A DNA stretch of 64,000 bases from a bacterium (GTDB lineage Bacteria; RBG-13-61-14; DATKZS01): the NCBI GenBank assembly GCA_963674965.2, contig CAXXFL010000005.1:810211-874210 (forward strand), read 5' to 3'. How positions within the stretch are numbered: position 1 is the stretch's first letter; each line of letters starts with the position of its first letter. The notes below the pieces were generated by a model. It had not been told where the DNA came from, did no database searches, and saw only the letters and a list, made by a program, of their open reading frames with translations. Of the stretch, positions 56,592 through 64,000 are shown piece by piece. The position numbers were made by a program, and so were the translations under genes.

Positions 56592-56651
56592 AAAAGTTCC
56601 AGGAAAAACGACCCCAAGAGGCGGCTTATCAGTAGGTTAAGATGTTTTTTT

Positions 56652-56777
56652 TTACAATTGGAAAAAGGGAACCAGGATCCAGGGAATAGACACAAACGCC
56701 ATTGATATTATCAGTGGGATGCCATTTGCCTTCAACACCTCTTTCATCATACTTAATATACTCACCAACTCTTCCAT
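56652..56777 (-). CDS. Small 41-aa single-TM protein (not in ORF track)
   Basis: MEELVSILSMMKEVLKANGIPLIISMAFVSIPWILVPFFQL; AGGT just upstream. Confidence 0.4.
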   Translation of the reverse strand: MEELVSILSMMKEVLKANGIPLIISMAFVSIPWILVPFFQL

Positions 56778-56875
56778 GGCTACCTGCATGCATAGGGTGG
56801 TTTATATTTATAATGACATTGTCCCCCCTGTTTTTCACAAAGCATTGTTTGCAAGCAATCGGAGTGTGATCCGTT

Positions 56876-58840
56876 TTAATTTTGGCGTTGTGCCAGCAGG
56901 TCAGGCGCAACAACGGGTCCATGGGCTTGCCTCAGGGCCGTTAGGTTTTCACGTTGCGCCCCCAGGATGTCGAACAGGCGGTCCGGGATGCCGCTCTCTT
57001 TTCCGTAGGCAGCAAGCTGCAGTTCGATTCTGCCGACAATGTGGTCGATGTACAGCGAAAACTGTTTGTTGTAAAGTTCATGGGGATACGGCTTGTGTAT
57101 GATGTCCGAAAAGAGCGTTGCGAGATCGTCGTAGCAGGGTAAAAGGCCGACGGGCGTCTTGATGGTGGAGACTTTCCGGTGGGCGCAACGCGCCAGCCAG
57201 CCCAGCCAGACCTTGACGTCGCGCTTTTCGCCCAACAGTTTGTTCGAGGAGCCTCCCCGGGCGGCGTGGGTCAGAAAATAGTTGAGCCCGGCCATCAGCG
57301 GTTTGTTCTCGGGGGTGATGCGCGGATTGCCAAAAAATTGGAACTGGGCCGCCATGTAGTCCCCCAGTGACCCGGGTATGAAAGGCGCATTGGCCCAGGG
57401 CGCCCGTTTGACACCGGTGGCACCCACTTCGGCGGCTGTGGCCGCCGAGACGATGCAGGCCCCGATGACCACGCCCTGGTCGGTATCCCAGGTGGCCCAC
57501 ACCGGCGGCATGGTGTCGGCGTCGCGGCCGGAATACGTGATCACCCGGGTGAGCACTCCGGCCGGATTTTCGGCTTCGTCCGAATAGTTGGACAGGGCCC
57601 TGGAGGCCAGGGTAACCCGGGCGTTGGGATGGGATATGGGTACCGGCCGGCCCTCGGCGTCCAGCATGCCCTGCTCCCAGGGGCCCTGGAAATTGTTTCC
57701 TTTGACGGGGGGCGGCTCGCCGTTGCCGGTCCAATGGGGTATGCCCGCGGCGTCCACCAGGACATTGGACCAGATCACCTCGGTGCCCGGCTTGCGAAGG
57801 TTTTCCATCAGCTTGGGGTCGCCCTCGCTGTTGACATCCTGGACGATCCCGAAAATACCGTTCTCGGGGTTGATCGAGCGGATGCTGCCGTCGTCGGCGA
57901 TCCACATCTGGGCCAGGTCGTCGCCCACGAAGCGATTGCCGGCCATGGCGGTGGTGGTTTTACCGCACCCGCTGGGGGCCGCCCCGGTGAACCAGGTGAC
58001 GCCCCCCCCTGGATTTTCGATGCCGGTGATGAACATGTGCTCGGCCAGCTCCCGGCCGTTGCCTTCGTACACCGCCTTGTCGACCGCGAATCGGTGATTG
58101 CCCTTTTTCAACAGGAGGGTGTTGCCCGCATAGGTGCAGTACATGCTGTAGGTAGTGCGGTCGCGGCGGTCCATGAATACCCGGGCATTGGGCAGGTCCT
58201 GAGGGCGGTTGGGGCCCTGGCTGTGGATGTTGGCGAAAAAATGGCCCAGGCGTTCGACCTCGGCGTCAAAGGCGTCGAAGGCATGGCGGTACAGAATGTC
58301 GGCGCTGTGCATGACATAGGCCGAACTGGTGATTTCCAGGGCCGGGTTGGACCCCAGGGCGCCCACCGGTCCGCGCATGAAAAATCCAACCAGCATGGTT
58401 TTGCCCTGCATGATGGCGCTCATTTTCTGGCGGACTTCGACAATGGCTTGGGGGCGCAGCATTTTTTTGGCCAGGCTGCTGACCGCTTCGTCCGGGTCCA
58501 CGATGTAGTAAGTGCGGTCGATGATGCGCCCCTGTTCGTCTTTTAGATCGAAGTGAATGGTATGGTTGTCCATGGCCAGGGAAGCCTCTTCGCCGTTTTG
58601 CAGGCAAAGGTCGCGGATATACTGCCGGTCGTTGGCCGTACCGGTGTGGATGAAAACCGACCGGGGGCCGCACATAGCAATGGCATTGGCGATCTTGATC
58701 AGCACCCGGGGGTGTTGAATACGCCGGATTCTGGCAAGCTGGTCCCCATCCAGGGTCCGTTCGAACAGCTGTTGGGCGGCTTCCATAGAATCGATGCCAC
58801 CGATGGTTTGGGCGATGTCCTGGCCCTTTTTGATTTCCAT
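56876..58840 (-). CDS. pckG: GTP-dependent phosphoenolpyruvate carboxykinase
   Basis: YAGNTLLLKK, LAEHM, APSGCGKT, VGDDLA, INPENG, HPNAR. Confidence 0.92.
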   Translation of the reverse strand: MEIKKGQDIAQTIGGIDSMEAAQQLFERTLDGDQLARIRRIQHPRVLIKIANAIAMCGPRSVFIHTGTANDRQYIRDLCLQNGEEASLAMDNHTIHFDLKDEQGRIIDRTYYIVDPDEAVSSLAKKMLRPQAIVEVRQKMSAIMQGKTMLVGFFMRGPVGALGSNPALEITSSAYVMHSADILYRHAFDAFDAEVERLGHFFANIHSQGPNRPQDLPNARVFMDRRDRTTYSMYCTYAGNTLLLKKGNHRFAVDKAVYEGNGRELAEHMFITGIENPGGGVTWFTGAAPSGCGKTTTAMAGNRFVGDDLAQMWIADDGSIRSINPENGIFGIVQDVNSEGDPKLMENLRKPGTEVIWSNVLVDAAGIPHWTGNGEPPPVKGNNFQGPWEQGMLDAEGRPVPISHPNARVTLASRALSNYSDEAENPAGVLTRVITYSGRDADTMPPVWATWDTDQGVVIGACIVSAATAAEVGATGVKRAPWANAPFIPGSLGDYMAAQFQFFGNPRITPENKPLMAGLNYFLTHAARGGSSNKLLGEKRDVKVWLGWLARCAHRKVSTIKTPVGLLPCYDDLATLFSDIIHKPYPHELYNKQFSLYIDHIVGRIELQLAAYGKESGIPDRLFDILGAQRENLTALRQAHGPVVAPDLLAQRQN

Positions 58841-59032
58841 AGTTTTTTCTCCTGTGGGTTTTACTATGCCCGGATGCCCCCATCTTAACGGTGTCAGGCG
58901 TTGGCCCGCTACCGATGGCAGGTTATGGAAGGTATTCGCGCGGTCATTGCGGCCACGGTTCTTTGCAATGGCCGTATTGGGGGGGGGGGACGGATCGAGT
59001 CCGGCCGGCCCCGGCGGTCGGGACGTTGGGTC

Positions 59033-59609
59033 TCAATCAGCGCCGACGATGATATCCTCCAGTGAACGTTTGGGAACGTGATGGACACTCTCTTCATCGC
59101 GCCAGTAGCGGATATCGCCTTCGGGACCAACGGTTTCGAGGGCGATGCGCTCCCGGGGGCGACCCAGGGCAATCACCAGCAGGATGTCCAGGTGAGCGGG
59201 GATGTTCAGGCCTGCGCGCAGGCGTTCGCGTTTGATGGCACCGAATATGCATCCGGCCAAGCCTGCTTCCCGGGCGCCCAGCAGAATGCTTTGGCTGGCG
59301 ATGCCATGGTCGCACCAGAAATTTTTACTGATACGCGTGTCGCCCAGGATAACGATATAACCGGCCGGCCGCTCACCCTCGGCCGGGCCGTGCCATTCCT
59401 TGAGATAGCCGGCCCAGGCCAGGCACTCGAAGATGGCGGCGTTTTTTTTCGGCCTGGCAGGCCAGGATATACTTCAGCGGCTGAAGGTTGGCAGCCGAAG
59501 CCGACAGGCGGGCCAGGTTGACCAAGGCCTCTAGGGTTGCCACTTCGATGGCCTGGTCCTGGTGAAATCGCCGGCAGCTGCGGTTTTGGCGTATCATATC
59601 CAGCAGCAT
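59033..59609 (-). CDS. Nitroreductase family protein, one frameshift in an A8 run near 59445
   Basis: RQNRSCRRF, SASAANLQP; continues WAGYL..DHGIASQSILLGA..GRP..VPKRSLE in another frame. Confidence 0.82.
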
Positions 59610-59610
59610 C

Positions 59611-60258
59611 TCATTCCTCCGTACCTTTGAATTTTTCCTGGATCGGCATGTGCTGATCGATCCATTGCAACACCTTGTCGAATTCGGACCGCACCTCTGC
59701 CAAAGCCAGTCCGCGATGGCTGACACGGCCTTTTTCCTGGCGGGTCAGCTGGGCGAAGGTCTTTTGCAGGGGCGGATAAAAAAAGATGGGATCGTAGCCG
59801 AAACCGTTGCATCCGGACGGTTCCCGGGCAATCAGGCCTTCACAGCGGCCCTCGTAGGTCAGGGCCGGTCCGCCGGGGACGGCGATGGAGATGACGCACT
59901 CGAAGGCCGCCCGGCGGTCGGTTTTTCCTGTCAGGGTCTCGAGCAGGCGGGTGCAGCGCTGTTCGTCGGTGGCCGTTTCACCGCCATAACGGGCCGAGTG
60001 CACCCCCGGGGCGCCGTCCAGGGCGGATACCAGCAGGCCGGAATCGTCGGCCAGGGCCGGCAGGCCCAGGTAACGGGCGGTCAGGCTGGCCTTTTTATAG
60101 GCGTTGTCGTCGAAGGTCTGGCCGTCTTCCTCGATGGGCGGCAGAGGGCCGAAGTCATCCAGATTCTTGACCCGGATGGGAAATCCTTTTAACAATTCCC
60201 GGATTTCGAGGGTTTTGCCCGGATTACGGGTGGCGACCACCAGGGCGATCCAATCCAT
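59611..60258 (-). CDS. rdgB: XTP/dITP diphosphatase (HAM1)
   Basis: ATRNPGK, ADDSGL, PGVHSARY, GFGYDP, SHRG. Confidence 0.95.
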   Translation of the reverse strand: MDWIALVVATRNPGKTLEIRELLKGFPIRVKNLDDFGPLPPIEEDGQTFDDNAYKKASLTARYLGLPALADDSGLLVSALDGAPGVHSARYGGETATDEQRCTRLLETLTGKTDRRAAFECVISIAVPGGPALTYEGRCEGLIAREPSGCNGFGYDPIFFYPPLQKTFAQLTRQEKGRVSHRGLALAEVRSEFDKVLQWIDQHMPIQEKFKGTEE

Positions 60259-60575
60259 TTATGCGCTCCTGTGCAATAAGCTCCAGCATGGCGCTGTCGG
60301 CCGTGGGGATGAATCGGGGTGCCATCCTGCGGCCCAGGCGGCATGACGTGAAAATCATTGCTATAGAGCAAGGGCTCTGCTTTGTAAAGCACTTTTCAAT
60401 GACGGCCGGCGTTCAGAAAATACTTTACAGTGCAGTGGTCACTGGTATATTCATAAACTTTTATTGTACTGCCGGTGAGCAAGGCGGCAGGGGGGTAAGG
60501 GGAGCGTTGTTTACCTGGCAAACCCCGACAAAGAGTAATTTTTTTAAGAATCCAACAAAACCTAGGAATTCGACC

Positions 60576-62429
60576 ATGCACAAGCTTCTGACCGACCAGC
60601 CGGGACACAAGATGCTGCTGCTGGGCAACGAAGCCATTGCCCGGGGGGCCATCGAGGCCGGTGTGGCGGTGGCCACCACCTATCCGGGGACGCCGTCTTC
60701 GGAAATTTCCCTCAATTTTTTTCAAATCGCGCGCGAATGCGACCTCTATTTCGAATACAGCACCAACGAGAAAGTGGCTCTGGAAGTGGCCGCAGCGGCG
60801 GCCAATTGCGGTCTGCGCTGTATGTGCGTGATGAAACACGTGGGCCTGAACGTGGCCGCCGATGTGCTCATGACCCTGGCCTATGTGGGCGTCAAGGGCG
60901 GTCTGGTGATCGTCAGCGCCGATGACCCCAGCCTGTTTTCCAGCCAGAACGAACAGGACAACCGCTACTACGCCAAGCTTGCGGGCCTGCCCATGTTGGA
61001 GCCGTCGTCGGTGGCCGAAGCCGGGCAGATGGTGCCTTTTGCCTTTGACCTGTCCGAAAAATTGCAGGAGCCGGTGATTTTACGCACCACCACGCGTATC
61101 AATCACTCCACCGCGGCCGTGGCACTGGGTGCCATCCGGGAGCGTCGTACCCAGGCGGATTTTGTCAAAGATCCCTTCAATTACGTCTGTGTGCCGGCCG
61201 TAGCGCGCAAACTGCACGTGAAACTGCTCGACAACCTGCAAAGCGCCCAGGGTCTGGCCGAGGACTGTGAACTCAATTTTGTCCGCGGTGGGGGAGATTT
61301 GGCAGTGGTCTGCAGCGGTGTCAGCTACAACTACGTGCGCGACGCTATCGCGGATCTGGGTTTGGCCGATCGGGTCAAGGTCCTGCGCCTGGGGTTCACC
61401 CATCCGTTGCCGGCGGCCCTGATTCGTTCGTTTCTGGCGGATTGCCGGCGGGTTCTGGTGGTCGAAGAGGGCGAACCCTACCTGGAAGAGGGCATCAAGG
61501 CCTTGGCCCAGGAGGCCGGCCTGACCTTGCCCATCGGTGGCAAGGGCCCCGGGTTGTTCTCCCGGCTCTACGAGTTCGACCCGGCCATGGTGCGGGAAGT
61601 CGTGGCCCGTTTTTTCGAAACGGCCTATGAACCGCCCCAGCGGCTGGATTTGAACGATTTGCCCGAGATTCCCCAGCGACCGCCCACCTTGTGTGCGGGC
61701 TGTTCGCACCGGGGTACCTATTATGTGGTCAAACGCGCGGCCGAGGGGCTGGATGCCATCTATCCGTCGGACATCGGTTGTTATACCCTGGGATTTTTGC
61801 CGCCGCTGTCCATGGCCGATTACGTCGTCTGTATGGGCGCTTCGGTGGGCAGTGCCTGCGGCTTTGCCCAGGCCACCGACCGGCGGGTGATCGCCTTTAT
61901 CGGCGATTCCACCTTCTTTCATTCCGGCCTGTCGGGCCTGATCAATGCCGTCCACAACAACCACGATTTGACTCTGGTGATTCTGGACAACAGCACCACC
62001 GCCATGACCGGTCATCAGCCCCATCCGGGGGTGGATATGCAGCAGCTCGAGCTTGCGGGTTACGCCCAGGTTTCCATCGAAGCCGTGGTAAGGGCCGTGG
62101 GCGTACCCCACGTGACCGTGATCCAGCCGTTCAAAGTCAAGAAGAGCATCGCCGCGGTCCGGGAGGCCATCGAATTCAAGGGCGTTGCGGTGGTCATCGC
62201 CCGGGAAATGTGCGCCCTGTATGCCAAAGGTTTGAAGCTGGACCGCCGGCGTCCCTTTCGGGTGACCGACAAATGCAAAAACCACCGTGACTGTCTCAAC
62301 CAGCTGGGCTGTCCCGCCTTTTATCTGCGGGACGACCGCGTGCATATCGATGCCGACATCTGCATGGGGTGCGCCGTATGCGCCCAAATCTGCCCGGAAA
62401 ACGCGATTCTGCCGGTCAAGGCGGAGTAA
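60576..62429 (+). CDS. iorA: Indolepyruvate:ferredoxin oxidoreductase alpha subunit
   Basis: LGNEAIARG, YPGTPSSE, NEKVA, RPPTLCAGCSHR, IGDSTFFHSG, C-terminal ferredoxin. Confidence 0.95.
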   Translation: MHKLLTDQPGHKMLLLGNEAIARGAIEAGVAVATTYPGTPSSEISLNFFQIARECDLYFEYSTNEKVALEVAAAAANCGLRCMCVMKHVGLNVAADVLMTLAYVGVKGGLVIVSADDPSLFSSQNEQDNRYYAKLAGLPMLEPSSVAEAGQMVPFAFDLSEKLQEPVILRTTTRINHSTAAVALGAIRERRTQADFVKDPFNYVCVPAVARKLHVKLLDNLQSAQGLAEDCELNFVRGGGDLAVVCSGVSYNYVRDAIADLGLADRVKVLRLGFTHPLPAALIRSFLADCRRVLVVEEGEPYLEEGIKALAQEAGLTLPIGGKGPGLFSRLYEFDPAMVREVVARFFETAYEPPQRLDLNDLPEIPQRPPTLCAGCSHRGTYYVVKRAAEGLDAIYPSDIGCYTLGFLPPLSMADYVVCMGASVGSACGFAQATDRRVIAFIGDSTFFHSGLSGLINAVHNNHDLTLVILDNSTTAMTGHQPHPGVDMQQLELAGYAQVSIEAVVRAVGVPHVTVIQPFKVKKSIAAVREAIEFKGVAVVIAREMCALYAKGLKLDRRRPFRVTDKCKNHRDCLNQLGCPAFYLRDDRVHIDADICMGCAVCAQICPENAILPVKAE

Positions 62430-62447
62430 GATCAGGATAGGACAACG

Positions 62448-63047
62448 ATGAAAAGCACGAGATTGATCATTGTAGCGGTGGGCGGCCAGGGAAATCTGCT
62501 GGCCTCCCGGGTGTTGGGCGAAGCGGCGCTTACGGCCGGCGTGCCCGTGCGCATGAGCGAAATCCACGGCATGGCCCAGCGGGGTGGGGTGGTGGAATCG
62601 GCCCTGGTGTTCGGTGATGCCTGCAGCACCATCATTTCCGACGGCGAGGCCGATGTGCTGGTGGGTTTCGAACCGGCCGAAACCCTGCGGGCTCTCAACA
62701 AGTGCCATCCCGACACCGTGGTGATTACCAATATGGCGCCGCTGTCGCCGTTTACGGTGACCATCGGCCGCGGCAGCTATCCCCGGCTGAGCCGAATCAA
62801 GGCCCTGCTGGCTGCCAAGACCGACCAGGTGATTGCCTTCGACGCCGCCATCCTGGCCAAAAACGCCGGCAATGTCATGGCGGTCAACATGGTGCTCCTG
62901 GGGGCCTTGTTGCATACCCAAACCCTGCCCTTGCCCCGGGAAGCGGTTCGAAACGCTATCCGTACGCGTACCAAGGCCGACTTCGTGGCGCTCAACCTCA
63001 AAGCCTTCGACATGGGATTTGCCGCCGCCGCCTCAACCCCCGCTTGA
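62448..63047 (+). CDS. iorB: Indolepyruvate:ferredoxin oxidoreductase beta subunit
   Basis: VGGQG, SEIHGMAQRGG, NMVLLGAL. Confidence 0.95.
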   Translation: MKSTRLIIVAVGGQGNLLASRVLGEAALTAGVPVRMSEIHGMAQRGGVVESALVFGDACSTIISDGEADVLVGFEPAETLRALNKCHPDTVVITNMAPLSPFTVTIGRGSYPRLSRIKALLAAKTDQVIAFDAAILAKNAGNVMAVNMVLLGALLHTQTLPLPREAVRNAIRTRTKADFVALNLKAFDMGFAAAASTPA

Positions 63048-63085
63048 CTCGGATTGTCGATCGGCAAAATAGTGCGCAGGTTTGC

Positions 63086-64000
63086 ATGGACATCAAACAC
63101 CGTCTCTATTTCATCCTGGTCGCAATTTTTTTGGTGGTGATGGGCGGCAGCACCGGATACTACCTTATCCCTGGGGGGTGAACCCAAATTTTTGGATTGC
63201 GTCTACATGACGGTGGTATCGTTGACCACCGTGGGGTACGGGGAGGTCATCGAAGTCACCGGCAACGTGAGTGCCCAGGTTTTCACCATGTTTCTGATCA
63301 CCTTTGGCATGGGCATCATCCTGTACGGCATCAGCACCCTGACGGCCCTGATCATCGAAGGCGAAATTTCGGGGATTTTGAGGAAAAAACAAATGGAAAA
63401 GCGAATCGCCAAATTGCGGGGCCATTATATCGTCTGCGGCGGCGGCGAAACCGGCTGTCCGGTGCTGGTGGAACTGCTCAAAAACCGGGAACAGGTGGTT
63501 CTGATCGAACAGAATGAAGAAACCCTCGCACGCTGCAAAGAGGCCGGGGTTGTGCTGTACATCCAGGGCGATGCCACCGATGATGACAACCTGGTGGCGG
63601 CCGGGATTCAACACGCCAAGGGCGTTATCGTCTCGTTGCCCTCGGACAAAGACAATCTGTTTGTGACCATGACGGCCCGCATGCTCAATCGCAAAACCCG
63701 TATTATCAGCCGTATGACTCACCCCAAACTGGAGCCCAAGCTGCGCCAAGCGGCGCCGACGCGGTGGTGTCACCCAATATCATCGGTGCCTTGCGTATGG
63801 CTTCGGAAATGATCCGCCCCACCGTGGTCGATTTTTTGGACAGTATGCTGCGCAGCAGTCAGGGCAATTTGCGGATCAACCAGATCTGCGTTTCTGAAAA
63901 TTCTACGATGATCGGAAAAAACATCACCCAGTGCGGTTTAAACGAACAGTTCGGTCTGCTGGTGTTGGGAGCCCGGTATCCGGATCAGGCAATTCGATTC
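63086..64000 (+). CDS. 2-TM potassium channel with RCK (TrkA-N/C) domains; frameshifts near 63170 and 63755; runs off the right edge
   Basis: TM1 MDIKHRLYFILVAIF; TTVGYG filter; HYIVCGGGETG; third frame VVSPNIIGALRMASEMIRP. Confidence 0.85.

Overview
The window looks like two unrelated genomes joined at about 52,540. Left part (1-52.5 kb): an anaerobic deltaproteobacterium-like organism with intact ORFs and many CTCGAG/TCGA sites. It carries an 18-heme cytochrome c3-type protein with a HybA/HmcB-like FeS partner, rseC, a non-canonical rnfCDGEAB operon, gspLMN, tRNA-Arg(CCG) followed by a decayed low-GC islet with an internally deleted IS701-like element, a radical SAM/PHP-GT4 pair, mglBA, porCDAB, trxB-prmA-rsmE, tRNA-His, a YfhO-like protein, cooC, trxA, ndk, rlmN, msrAB, metB, mobB, two paralogous exported helical proteins, and a chemosensory cluster (DUF4388-REC, CheY, CheA, ExeA-like ATPase, truncated CheW). 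Right part (52.5-64 kb): Desulfobacterales-like DNA with several single-base frameshifts (alaX, DUF6178-like, ampG, pckG, nitroreductase, rdgB, iorAB, K+ channel). The best candidate for an unusual system is the rewired Rnf. RnfC lacks its NADH/FMN motifs, RnfD lacks its covalent-FMN loop, and RnfB is fused to an NADPH-type GltD/NfnB-like flavoenzyme. It lies next to the 18-heme cytochrome and an FeS protein without a Tat signal. All calls come from motif reading; no database searches were run.
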